A stretch of 64,000 nt of DNA from an uncultured Armatimonadetes bacterium (GCA_963717145.1 OY970325.1:4352001-4416000); one strand, 5' to 3'; numbered from the stretch's first letter, positions 28,325-38,289 are shown. Made by a program: numbers and translations. The notes: generated from the letters alone by a model not told the origin.

Positions 28325-30358
28325 GTGAACAAGAACCGGATCACAATTCTCATCTGTGTAGTATTGGCCGTGTTGACTCTCGCCTCGTTCTGGCGGGTGC
28401 TCGGTAGCGGGTTCGTCGACTTCGACGACAATTTCTACATCACCGGCAACCGCTGGGTGCTCGCCGGCCTGACTGCCGGGAGCGTCAAGTGGGCGCTGAC
28501 CGCCGCTTATCAGTCCACATGGCAGCCGATGGTCTGGCTCTCGTACATGGCCGACCAACAGATCTACGGCCAGAACCCCATGGGCTTTCATCTGACCAAC
28601 CTGCTCCTGCATCTGGCGAACGTCCTACTGCTCTTCCTGATCCTGATGAGGATGACCGGATCGGTCTGGAGGAGCGCATTCGTCGCCGCCCTGTTCGCAG
28701 TCCATCCGCTCCGAGTCGAGTCGGTCGCGTGGATCGCTGAGCGGAAGGACGTGCTCAGCGGCCTCTTCTGGATGCTCAGCATGGGGGCCTATGTATTATA
28801 CAAGGAAAAGCTGGGGTGGAAGAGGTACGTTCCCATATGCGTGTTCATGGCGCTCGGACTGATGGCCAAGCCGACGCTCGTGACGCTGCCGCTTGCCTTT
28901 CTCGCTCTCGACTACTGGCCGCTCGGACGGCTCAATAAGGGCAGGACGTTCGGCCGGCTGGCGATCGAGAAGATCCCCCTGTTCTGCTTGTCGGCGGCAT
29001 CCGTTGCGGCGGCCGGCTTTGCGCACGTCGTAACCAGCGGATTCGCGGCAATGGATAGTCTCCCGAGCGGCGTCCGTCTGGCGAATGCGGCTTTCTCATA
29101 CGTCGCCTATCTGGTCAAGATGGTCTGGCCGGCCAAACTCGCCGTGTTCTACCCGCATCCATATGGCACTCTTCCGATGTGGCAAGTCGTGGGATCGGTG
29201 GTCGTGTTGGTCTGTGTGACCGTCATCGTCTCGAGATCCGCGCGAACGCGTCCGTACCTGGCCGTTGGTTGGCTCTGGTATCTGGTCACGATGCTCCCGA
29301 TGATTGGCATCATCCAGACCGGCAGACACGGAATGGCCGACCGGTTCACGTACATCCCGCTGATCGGGATATTCATGGCCGTCACGTGGGGCGTCGCGGA
29401 GTACGGGAGTATGGGAGTATGGGGGAATGGGAGAAGATCATCGGACACCCCCACACTCCCACACTCCCATGCTCCCATTCTCTGGCTCCCCGCAGCCATC
29501 ATCATCCTCGCATGTGCGGTCGGCACGTGGCAACAGACCGGCTACTGGAAGGATAGTGTGACGCTCTTTTCGCGAGCGGTTGCAGTGACGAAGGACAACG
29601 CCATTGCGGAGCGCAATCTCGGTATGGCCTACATCAATCGGAAGCAGTACGAAAAGGGTATTACGCATATGTGGGCGGCAATACGGATCAAGCCGGAACC
29701 CAGGGCCTACAACAACATCGGTGTCGCTCTCGTCCGCATGGGCAAACCGGAGCAGGCGATTCCATACTATGAGAGAGCCCTCGAACTCAGCCCGGATTAC
29801 GCCAGGGCCCGGTACAACCTGGGGCGACTCCTGTTCACCAAGCACCTATACGGTGAGGCGGCCGAGTGCTTCCGAAAAGTGATCGATCGCGAGCCGGACA
29901 ACGCCGACGCGCATTACTACTTAGCATTCTCACTTGCGGAGATGAGACAGGTCGATGAGGCGATCACCGCGTATCGGCAGACCGTGCAGGTCGATCCGCG
30001 CTACTACCTGGCGCACTACAACCTCGGAGTGCTGCTGAACGCTCAGGGTGACGCGTCAGCCGCGGTCGAGGAGTTCGAAGCCGCCATCCGCATCAACCCG
30101 AGCTATGTCAACGCCCACCACAATCTGGGCGGTGCGTTCGATTCGCTCGATCGCATCGACGAGGCGATCGCCGAGTATGAGGAAGCGATTCGTCTCAACC
30201 CGAAGCTCGCTGAGGCGCACAACAACCTCGCCATCGATCTCTATACCACCGGCCGATATGCGGAGGCGTGGCGGGAGGTGGGCCTGGCCAGGAAGTACGG
30301 CATGGAGCCGCACCCGGGATTCCTGAAGGCTCTCTCGGCAAGAGCGAGTGATCGGTGA
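28325..30358 (+). CDS. TMTC-like GT-C membrane glycosyltransferase with TPR repeats, copy 2
   Basis: FDDNFY, HPLRVESVAWIAERKD, ADRFTY.P, multiple TPRs. Confidence 0.88.
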   Translation: MNKNRITILICVVLAVLTLASFWRVLGSGFVDFDDNFYITGNRWVLAGLTAGSVKWALTAAYQSTWQPMVWLSYMADQQIYGQNPMGFHLTNLLLHLANVLLLFLILMRMTGSVWRSAFVAALFAVHPLRVESVAWIAERKDVLSGLFWMLSMGAYVLYKEKLGWKRYVPICVFMALGLMAKPTLVTLPLAFLALDYWPLGRLNKGRTFGRLAIEKIPLFCLSAASVAAAGFAHVVTSGFAAMDSLPSGVRLANAAFSYVAYLVKMVWPAKLAVFYPHPYGTLPMWQVVGSVVVLVCVTVIVSRSARTRPYLAVGWLWYLVTMLPMIGIIQTGRHGMADRFTYIPLIGIFMAVTWGVAEYGSMGVWGNGRRSSDTPTLPHSHAPILWLPAAIIILACAVGTWQQTGYWKDSVTLFSRAVAVTKDNAIAERNLGMAYINRKQYEKGITHMWAAIRIKPEPRAYNNIGVALVRMGKPEQAIPYYERALELSPDYARARYNLGRLLFTKHLYGEAAECFRKVIDREPDNADAHYYLAFSLAEMRQVDEAITAYRQTVQVDPRYYLAHYNLGVLLNAQGDASAAVEEFEAAIRINPSYVNAHHNLGGAFDSLDRIDEAIAEYEEAIRLNPKLAEAHNNLAIDLYTTGRYAEAWREVGLARKYGMEPHPGFLKALSARASDR

Positions 30359-30425
30359 ACAGTAGACGGTGAACGGTCCGAAATCCCCACTGTTCACCGT
30401 TCACTGTTCACTGTTCACCGTCCCC

Positions 30426-30920
30426 TCACCCCACAGGCGGGCGGTTGAAGTTGTACAACAGCTCCAGCACCTGGTGGTAGGTGCCGAATTGCAGAAACTC
30501 GGTGCCGAGCACCGAATCGGCAATCACAATAGGCACATTGCTTCCACCTGCGCCGAGCGCGATTGTCTGAACCAGCGCGTGTGCTGCTACAGTAGCCATC
30601 GCCAGGCCGCACAGTGCGCCAAGTATCGGGTCGAACACATCGGTGGATACCAGTGTCGCCGAGTGTACGAGCTTCCCGAGGAAGACGAGCACCAGCCCCG
30701 TGATCACGAATCCTCCGATGTAGAGGATCGCCTGGTTCGCGTGCTCGTTCGCTACCAGTTGAACCGATCCCGACAGCGCGTCGTTCAGCCCCCACGCAAT
30801 CCTGAGGGCCAGCAGCAACGCCGCCAGGTCGAAAACCGCTTTGCCGAACCCTCGCTTCCACTCGAGGAGGAATGCTCCGACGAAGAACACTGCAATGGAA
30901 GCATCGATCCAGTTAGGCAT
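30426..30920 (-). CDS. CvpA (colicin V production) family membrane protein
   Basis: NWID..KRGF..D..LGALCG pattern. Confidence 0.75.
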   Translation of the reverse strand: MPNWIDASIAVFFVGAFLLEWKRGFGKAVFDLAALLLALRIAWGLNDALSGSVQLVANEHANQAILYIGGFVITGLVLVFLGKLVHSATLVSTDVFDPILGALCGLAMATVAAHALVQTIALGAGGSNVPIVIADSVLGTEFLQFGTYHQVLELLYNFNRPPVG

Positions 30921-30935
30921 AAAACCACCTGCCCG

Positions 30936-31820
30936 TCATTTATCCAATTCGATGGCTGCGTAGCCGACCACCTGAGAGTGATCGCCCGTGATGTCCCCTG
31001 ACGTGCTATACGCTAGCTGTCGGGCCGATTTCGCCCCCAGTGCCTTGCACGCCGCCAGGACCGCCGCGGTCGGCACGACTCCACACATCGATATGTCGAG
31101 GTCGCGAACCGTGTCCAGCAGACCCTTCTCGTTCATTGCCAGTATATGCCGGATGGCCTCGGAATCCTTCCGCTCGGCCGACTCCCGGCTCTCATAGTGG
31201 CTGAAATCCGTGCTGGCGATCACGACGGCGCTCCGGCCCTCCACCGCTTTTGCCACCGCTGTCCCCAGATCCTGTATCAGGGGGAGCGCGCTCAGGTCCC
31301 TGACCGACACACCGATGAGTATCGGCACTATCCGAATGTGTCCCTGCCCCAGATACTGCAGGAACGGGAGCTGGACCTCCAGTGAATGCTCGATCCGGTG
31401 GGCGAGTTCGTCTTCTGCCGCATAGCCGGAGAACGAGACCACCCGCCGGGCCGTCTCCACATCCACCTCTATGTCGCCCATAGGCGTGCGCCACGCAGTC
31501 TGCGTGTCGACCGCCACCGGGTCACCGTAGCCCCGATGGTTGACGCCGATGAGGACGGCGACTTCCGGCAGCCCGTCCTCTGCCAGTCGGTAGTAGGCAT
31601 GAGCCGCCGTCGGCCCCGAGTAGATCAGTCCCGCGTGCGGGCTCACCAATCCTATGATCCGTCGTGGACCCTGCGACTCCAACTGCGGGAGCCGTCCGGG
31701 CCCGAATGGAGACAGGAAGCAGCGCTCGATCTCGGCTCGCAATTCATCTGCTCCTGCGCCGTAGAACATGCCGGCCACCGCCGGTACGCGTACCGCCGGT
31801 CCGCTGTTGCCGCTCGACAT
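30936..31820 (-). CDS. amrB: MEMO1-family protein (AmmeMemoRadiSam protein B)
   Basis: PAVAGMFY, SPHAGLIYSG, EHSLEVQLPFLQ, STDFSHY, SMCG, VVGYA. Confidence 0.92.
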   Translation of the reverse strand: MSSGNSGPAVRVPAVAGMFYGAGADELRAEIERCFLSPFGPGRLPQLESQGPRRIIGLVSPHAGLIYSGPTAAHAYYRLAEDGLPEVAVLIGVNHRGYGDPVAVDTQTAWRTPMGDIEVDVETARRVVSFSGYAAEDELAHRIEHSLEVQLPFLQYLGQGHIRIVPILIGVSVRDLSALPLIQDLGTAVAKAVEGRSAVVIASTDFSHYESRESAERKDSEAIRHILAMNEKGLLDTVRDLDISMCGVVPTAAVLAACKALGAKSARQLAYSTSGDITGDHSQVVGYAAIELDK

Positions 31821-31964
31821 GCGTGTCTACCTCCTTCTAGATTGTTCCACAACTGCAGAGGGTTTCCGCAACCATCCGGGAGGAGTATACCCCCAAATCG
31901 GCAGACTAAGAAGCACGATGATAGTCCTAAGCAGCCGTTAGGTCCTCGTGCATCCGCTCGAAAC

Positions 31965-32165
31965 CCGGTAAAAATACCTGATTTCGTCCAAAACCATTGA
32001 CACATCAGCCATCCGGGTGTATACTCCAGAGTGTTACAGAATCGTCACATTTGTACCTTTCAAACTGAGCCCGAAACCGGGCAGAGCGAGTTCCCCGGCA
32101 GAAGCAGGTAAATTTACCTGATTTTGCGCCGAGGGCTTGACAAGACGGTGGCAAAAGTGTATACT
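31965..32165 (+). promoter_or_regulatory. Two tandem promoters, each box -16- TTGACA -17- TATACT
   Basis: CCGGTAAAAATACCTG 31965-31980, TTGACA 31997, TATACT 32020; CAGGTAAATTTACCTG 32105-32120, TTGACA 32137, TATACT 32160. Confidence 0.8.
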
Positions 32166-32459
32166 GCAAACGTACACTGAAGTACCAAGCCATCCATCCT
32201 TCGTTCGACAAACAGAAAGAAAAACCGTAACAGGTTTTCTCCATTTTCGAGTAAAAGTTTCTACAACGAGAGGCTCAGATCCGCAGAAAGGTCCGCGTCA
32301 GAGCTTTTCAAAGGAACCGAGGCAGTCGTTGCAGAAAATGGGTCCTGGTCCGTAGCCAGGAACAGGACCAGCGATGTGATCAGCCAGCGTGAGGCTTCGG
32401 CACTCACCGGCAAGGTTGCATCCTAGCCGTGCTCAGAAGCCACGAAGGGAGGTGACATT

Positions 32460-33176
32460 ATGAAGAAGGTTCTTGCAATCACCCTAATGCTGTTGCTTGT
32501 CGCAACAGCCGCTATGGCCGCTGAAAACAGTTGGCGCATTCTCCTGCTCGCCGATGACGGCTTTGGAAACAACGCCGGGTCCCGGCGCTACGTAGGCGTC
32601 GCACCGACGGGTCAGGAAGGCCTGGACAGCCAGGACGGCGCCACCGCCTCGTACGGCACTGACACTCCGGGTACGACCAACCTGTTGTCGGCTGTCGTCA
32701 CAGGTGCGACACCGCTCTACGGTAAGAGCATCAAGGCCGCGACGCTTCCCGTGCCTGAGAAGACATGGGATTTCTACGTGGCCGGCAATGCGAATGCCGT
32801 AGGTGAGGGGATCCGCATCAAAGCCATGACAGTGGCGAACCAGTTGCCGACCCCGACATTCGCCGGGGCTCCTGCTCCTCTCCAGTACGCCATCAGAATG
32901 GTCAACAACAGGGGCATGGTTGACGCACCGGCCAATGGTTCCTTGTGGTTGATTCCCACTCCGGCGGTCGGCACTGCGGGTAACGTGATGTTCTGGAGTT
33001 CGCCGATCAACCTGCCGAGGCTCAACCTCGCGGTGGGTACTTCGGCCCAGTTGGTAGCTAACGGCTACAAGCTCCAGTTCGTCCAGATGCCGCCGGTTCC
33101 CGAGCCGAGCGGTCTGCTTGCTCTTGGAGCAGGTCTCATGGGTCTGGTTGGATTCGTAACCAGACGCCGCAAGTAA
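32460..33176 (+). CDS. PEP-CTERM sorting-domain surface protein
   Basis: Signal peptide; VPEPSGLLALGAGLMGLVGFVTRRRK. Confidence 0.93.
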   Translation: MKKVLAITLMLLLVATAAMAAENSWRILLLADDGFGNNAGSRRYVGVAPTGQEGLDSQDGATASYGTDTPGTTNLLSAVVTGATPLYGKSIKAATLPVPEKTWDFYVAGNANAVGEGIRIKAMTVANQLPTPTFAGAPAPLQYAIRMVNNRGMVDAPANGSLWLIPTPAVGTAGNVMFWSSPINLPRLNLAVGTSAQLVANGYKLQFVQMPPVPEPSGLLALGAGLMGLVGFVTRRRK

Positions 33177-33230
33177 GTTGATATCCGAGAACGCGGCTGT
33201 AAGTTAGACCGAATTTCTTGGTGCACTATT

Positions 33231-33263
33231 GGCCGCCGGGTCATCGGATTCGGCGGCCTCTTT
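33231..33263 (+). terminator. Probable intrinsic terminator
   Basis: ggccgccgg...tcggcggcc then tcttt. Confidence 0.6.
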
Positions 33264-33503
33264 CAGATTATGGGGCAGCGTTTGCCCCAGCGGCGCCCGC
33301 CGTCTCTGAACTCGAAAAAGTGCCTTACAGCTTCTGACGTTGCTGAATCTTTGACAGTCTTCCAGGATGCATACATCTTCCACCAACCGGGGGGAGATGC
33401 ACAACCTGTATCAGCCCGACCTCGATTACTCCATTTGCAGGTATCTCCCGCGGAAGGAGCGATTGGAGCAAAGGGCATAATTCGGAAAGGGGGATTCACG
33501 TAA

Positions 33504-36500
33504 ATGCGCAAAACCACAGTTGGTCTTCTGATGGTAACGCTTCTGATCACCTTGGCAATCTGCGCGCATGCAGCGGTAGAGCTATACCAAGTCACAGCGA
33601 ATACCGTCGCGCCTGCGTTCGTAGACTACAAGCTGAACTGTCCTGCAGATGTGACCGTCAAAATCTTGCCGTGCGATGTGAACGGCATCATTTCCGGTCC
33701 CGCGATCAGGGAGGTCACCTTGCCCAAGCTAAGAGGTCCCAACAGATTCATCTGGATGGGGGACAAGGATGACCTCACTAATGCTCCGGTAGGCTATTAT
33801 GTCGCACAGGTCAGCGCGACGAGTAACCAGCAATACTGGGATCCGATCGTCGGTGTGTTCACCTATAATCAGATCCCTCCTACAACGGAGACGACTTTTC
33901 CCGCGCCGGGCATGGGGGATAGGAGCCTACCGGACCCACTTGATGGCCAGGGATTCTACGACATTGCCGTGAACACCCGCGAGGCAAGCCCGTACTACGG
34001 CAGAATCTATGTATCAGACAAGCAACAGACGGGTATCTTCATGTACGGCCCGGACGGCGAGTTCCTGGGTAAGTTGGACGACTCCCAAGTCGTCTGGCTG
34101 AGCGGCGACAGCTGCCCGTGGACTGTGTCGGTTGCGGATGACGACTTCGTCTATGTAACCAACCGATCGACCCGTAGGACCTTCTGCTTCAACGGCGCCG
34201 GTGCGCTGGTATCCAGCAGCCCCAACGTCACAGCTAGCCTGATGGACTATACCAAAGGCGCGTTCGCTCGCGTAGATGCAGCGACCGGCATCACCCATTT
34301 GTACTTCACCGGCGGTAAACCTTACGTTACCGGGACAACTCATTACACTGTCTCAGCCGACCATCTGACCTTCGCCTACGTCGGAGTCGCCTATAACAGC
34401 GGCACCAACGACGAGGCGTATGGCATGTGGGTTTCTCCCGACTTTAAGACCGCCTACCAGGCGAATCACGCGGGGGCCCTCGCCGGTGTCACCAAATGGG
34501 ATGACCCCGATCTCAATGGCGTCTTCGTGCGGGATGCGGCCTTCTTGAACGCTCCCAGCAGTCCTGCTAAGGATGTCACATTCGTCGACGGTCCCACTCC
34601 GTACCTGTGGGTCACCAGGCAGGTCCCCTACACAACCGACGACACCGCCACCACGGATGTGGTGGAGTATTCGAGATCCGTCGGTAAGTACGATCCGCTT
34701 ACCGGTGCTCTGATCGCTGACGCCCCGTATGACGTCGTCAGGCACGCTCACCTGAGCACCGTTGATGCCGTCGGAAACTTGGTTGTGACCTTCGCCAAGA
34801 ATAGTCCCACTTGGCCCCAGTACTACTGGGGTATGTTCGCTGAGGAAGGCACATACACTTGCTCGACTAAGACCACAGTCGTCTTCTATCTGTCGGCTCA
34901 GCCCGCGCCGGTAATAATCCCGAACAGCGCGGTATGGACTCCCGACAACGAGATCAAAGCGGACGACTCCGACTCCGCATCCGTCACCTTCAAGGTGCTG
35001 GACGTCAATGGTTATGCGGATATCACCAGCGTAAAGCTCGATCTGGCCCCGCTTGGCTATGCCAGCGACCAGGCATGCACGCTTGCGAAGGATCCTGGCG
35101 ATACCACAGACAAGATCAAGACTGCGACTGTGACCGGGATCAAGGCAAAGGTGGGCGCTCGCTGCACCACCAGTCCCGGCCAGGCGCCTCATTATCTCGT
35201 TGCAACGGCAACAGATTCGACGGCGCAGACTAACATTGACTCTAGTGAGATCAAGCTGAAAGTCACCGGTGTGCTGAGTGCCTCGTCCCAATTGCCGGCC
35301 CTTTCTGCCTACACCGTCCATTCGAGAAACACCGGTTGGAACATAGCGAGTGCCAACATCGTGGCAGTCGGTGGCGGCATCCCCGGCGCGACCGATCCTC
35401 GGGCAGCCGGTCCGTTCACCTACACCTCGCTTAATACCGTGGACGGCTTCCAGTGGCTCGAGACCAGTGCCGGTCAGTTTAATGTGGTCGGTAAGAAGGT
35501 CGGCTTCGGCGACTCAGAGGTGGTCCCCGTTGACACAGCGATGTACTCGGACCCGGAGCCTGCGAAGACTCTCTATCTGCAGCCACTGACGATCGCGGAG
35601 GCCAAGGACCTCGTCAAGACTCCGAACGGCACGATGGCCAACGTCGAGGCCGTCTGCTACGCACCGCCCATGGGCCTTAACCCGACTCTTGCGGACGGCC
35701 TGTACGTCAGGACGGATACCCAGGCCAAGCGCAACCAGTGGTACATGTGCGATCCGGACGATCCCGCGAACGGCATGGTGTTCATGGTCACACAGAGTGG
35801 CCCTGGGTTCTTTCCTCAGTGGGACAACGTTCTCGGCAAAGAGCCTCCCCCGAGAACGGCGTTCACGTCCTACATGGGCAAGAGGCCGGCTTTGGGCGAG
35901 ACCATCATGGTCACCGGTCTGATCGACATGCCGCCCGGCCACGAGCGTAGGGTGCTGCTTCAGAACACTGAGATCATCAACGCAATCAGGAATTCTCCGT
36001 CGACCATTACGCAGTGGTACTACAATGCTCAGCCGAACCCCGGCGTTGGACTGCCTACAACTCCGGTCACGTTGACGATCCCGCAGATCTACACGCCCAT
36101 CACGCAGAGCTTCAGCGAGCATTGGGGCAAGTTCGCCCAGGTCACCGACGCAACCGTCATCGCCTACAATGCGGCCGGCGAGGAGGTCGGCGTAGCGGTT
36201 CCGCCTACGACGGACCCTGTTCCCTACTTGACGATAGCGAACGTGGCCGGTAACACGACCATGGTTGCCATCGACATGCCGACAAGTCTGGGCAGTCCGA
36301 CGATCCCTGCAATCGGAGGGACGTACACATTCACAGGCGCCGTGGGCCGCAGGGCCAGGTATGGCGGTAGCGCTCTCCGAGTCAGAGGCGCTGGCGACAT
36401 GGTTCTGACGACACCTGCTCCTGCCGCTCCGAGTCCGTTGAGTGTGATTCGCACCTTGAACGACAACGATCCGGTCAATATCTCCGGTATCGTTGTCCAC

Positions 36501-37727
36501 AAGGCCGGAACCTCGATGTGGATCGAAGCTGCTGACAGAAGCGTCGGCATTCGCGTCAGGAAGAACTACTCATGGGTAACCTGCGACACAACTAACAAGG
36601 TTGGCGACATCATCCAGGTCGTTGGCACCATGGACCTGTGGGATGGTGAGATGACCATCGTCCCGACGCTGCCCGCGATAGTACTGAGCAGCGGTAACCC
36701 ATGGCCCGGCGTACTCGACATACGGTCGAGGGAGATCGGTGGAAACGCAAGCGGAACGACCCCGGGTGTGACCAACGGACGCGGCGCTCTGAACGTCGGT
36801 CTGAAGGTTCACTTCTCGGGCATGGTCACCGCAGTCGATCCCGCCGCTACCAAGACATGGTACTACCTGTGGGACGGCGCTAACAGAGCGGACCAGCCTG
36901 TCTCTGATGGCAGTGGCAACATCGGAATCCACGTCGAAGCCGCACCGCCTGCCGGCTGTGTGCCGTGGCAGACATGGGTCGACGTCACCGCTGTCGTAGG
37001 GACCGATGGGAACTTCGTTGCGGGGTCTGTCATACCGACCCTGCTTCCAACTGCCACGGCTACCAAGGTCACCGCGTTCGACACGATCACCGCTGCTTCG
37101 GGAACGGCACTGACGGCTCTTTGGAACCTGATGTCCGTGCCCGCAGTGCCTGCCGCAACTGGCACCGGCGGTGAGTGGGACGCCAAGTCCTTCGAACCGT
37201 ATGTGGTGTTCAGCCCGACCGCGGATCCGAACGACATCGACGGCCGCATGTACCGATGGGAGAACTGCACGGGCAGTCTCTACCTTTGGGATCAGTGGAG
37301 TGAAGTCGGCTCGCACGGCCCGTTCGGTGCAGTAGTGCTTGGCGATGGTTACTGGATGCAGCTCGACGCCGACAAGGCAGTCAGCTACAGTGGGAGAAAC
37401 AGTGCGCTCGATCAGTGGACCGGCATCTGCTCTCCCGGCTGGATGATCATCGGTCATCCCAAGGACCACAACGTCTACCTGGACGAGGTGAAGGTGCATG
37501 ACGGCGGCGCAGTCTACAGCATGTACGATGCGATAATGTCCAACCTGTGGATCGACTGCACAGGTTTCTGGTGGGATAACTCCACCCAGAGTCTGACGGA
37601 CGTCGGCATCCCTGACTGCTGGTGCAGCTCGGACACCCTGCTGCCGTGGCACGGTTACTGGATACAGACCTATCAGGGTGATCTTGCTCTGATCACTCCT
37701 GAGGCTACTGAGTGGCCCCGGCCATAG
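33504..37727 (+). CDS. Large secreted multidomain surface protein (FlgD-Ig-like N-terminus, propeller-like region, OB-fold-like repeats)
   Basis: Signal peptide; YKLN..ADVTVKI..NRFIW.G..AP.GYY; WIEAADRSVGIRV..GD.IQV.G; C-terminal GDGYW/PWHGYW motifs. Confidence 0.8.
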   Translation: MRKTTVGLLMVTLLITLAICAHAAVELYQVTANTVAPAFVDYKLNCPADVTVKILPCDVNGIISGPAIREVTLPKLRGPNRFIWMGDKDDLTNAPVGYYVAQVSATSNQQYWDPIVGVFTYNQIPPTTETTFPAPGMGDRSLPDPLDGQGFYDIAVNTREASPYYGRIYVSDKQQTGIFMYGPDGEFLGKLDDSQVVWLSGDSCPWTVSVADDDFVYVTNRSTRRTFCFNGAGALVSSSPNVTASLMDYTKGAFARVDAATGITHLYFTGGKPYVTGTTHYTVSADHLTFAYVGVAYNSGTNDEAYGMWVSPDFKTAYQANHAGALAGVTKWDDPDLNGVFVRDAAFLNAPSSPAKDVTFVDGPTPYLWVTRQVPYTTDDTATTDVVEYSRSVGKYDPLTGALIADAPYDVVRHAHLSTVDAVGNLVVTFAKNSPTWPQYYWGMFAEEGTYTCSTKTTVVFYLSAQPAPVIIPNSAVWTPDNEIKADDSDSASVTFKVLDVNGYADITSVKLDLAPLGYASDQACTLAKDPGDTTDKIKTATVTGIKAKVGARCTTSPGQAPHYLVATATDSTAQTNIDSSEIKLKVTGVLSASSQLPALSAYTVHSRNTGWNIASANIVAVGGGIPGATDPRAAGPFTYTSLNTVDGFQWLETSAGQFNVVGKKVGFGDSEVVPVDTAMYSDPEPAKTLYLQPLTIAEAKDLVKTPNGTMANVEAVCYAPPMGLNPTLADGLYVRTDTQAKRNQWYMCDPDDPANGMVFMVTQSGPGFFPQWDNVLGKEPPPRTAFTSYMGKRPALGETIMVTGLIDMPPGHERRVLLQNTEIINAIRNSPSTITQWYYNAQPNPGVGLPTTPVTLTIPQIYTPITQSFSEHWGKFAQVTDATVIAYNAAGEEVGVAVPPTTDPVPYLTIANVAGNTTMVAIDMPTSLGSPTIPAIGGTYTFTGAVGRRARYGGSALRVRGAGDMVLTTPAPAAPSPLSVIRTLNDNDPVNISGIVVHKAGTSMWIEAADRSVGIRVRKNYSWVTCDTTNKVGDIIQVVGTMDLWDGEMTIVPTLPAIVLSSGNPWPGVLDIRSREIGGNASGTTPGVTNGRGALNVGLKVHFSGMVTAVDPAATKTWYYLWDGANRADQPVSDGSGNIGIHVEAAPPAGCVPWQTWVDVTAVVGTDGNFVAGSVIPTLLPTATATKVTAFDTITAASGTALTALWNLMSVPAVPAATGTGGEWDAKSFEPYVVFSPTADPNDIDGRMYRWENCTGSLYLWDQWSEVGSHGPFGAVVLGDGYWMQLDADKAVSYSGRNSALDQWTGICSPGWMIIGHPKDHNVYLDEVKVHDGGAVYSMYDAIMSNLWIDCTGFWWDNSTQSLTDVGIPDCWCSSDTLLPWHGYWIQTYQGDLALITPEATEWPRP

Positions 37728-37763
37728 GTACGGATCCGTCCGTAACTATACGGTAGATAGCAA

Positions 37764-37806
37764 ACGGCCCGTCCTCCCCAAGTGGGAGGACGGGCCGTAT
37801 CTCTTT
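37764..37806 (+). terminator. Intrinsic terminator
   Basis: acggcccgtcctccc / gggaggacgggccgt hairpin. Confidence 0.75.
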
Positions 37807-37926
37807 GGCTGCAGATCGAAGACTTTCCCCACATTTCTGCGCTTGACACCGAAAAACCACCGAAATCCTCCTTTTACGCTATTGCCTATTCGAACGGCCT
37901 GATGTATAATGTGCGAGGTGAGGCCC

Positions 37927-38289
37927 ATGGAGTCGGAACTCGAGAAGATCGACATCATACGCAGCAGGTTCAGGGTCGGATACGACGAGGCCGTCCAGGC
38001 GCTTTGCGCCACCGATGGCGATGTCGTCAAGGCTCTGGTCTGCTTCGAGAGGAAGAATGGGACTCGGCCCGATCTGCTGGCACTCGGGATGGAGATGATC
38101 GACGAGGCACAGCGGGTTGCTGCCGGCTCACCGGTCAAGCGGTTGAAAATCAGATATGGCGACAGGACTGTAACGGATACCCCCGTAACCTTGACGGCGG
38201 CCGCTGCTCTCGCTATCGGCGTGGCGGCGGTGCTGATCAGCAAGCTGGTTATCGAACTGGTCAAAGACGAGGAAGAGGCTAACGGATGA
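37927..38289 (+). CDS. DUF4342-like protein with an N-terminal UBA-like helical domain
   Basis: LEKIDIIR.R..VGY.EA..AL....GDVV.AL; promoter TTGCCT-17-TATAAT at 37882-37910. Confidence 0.7.
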   Translation: MESELEKIDIIRSRFRVGYDEAVQALCATDGDVVKALVCFERKNGTRPDLLALGMEMIDEAQRVAAGSPVKRLKIRYGDRTVTDTPVTLTAAAALAIGVAAVLISKLVIELVKDEEEANG

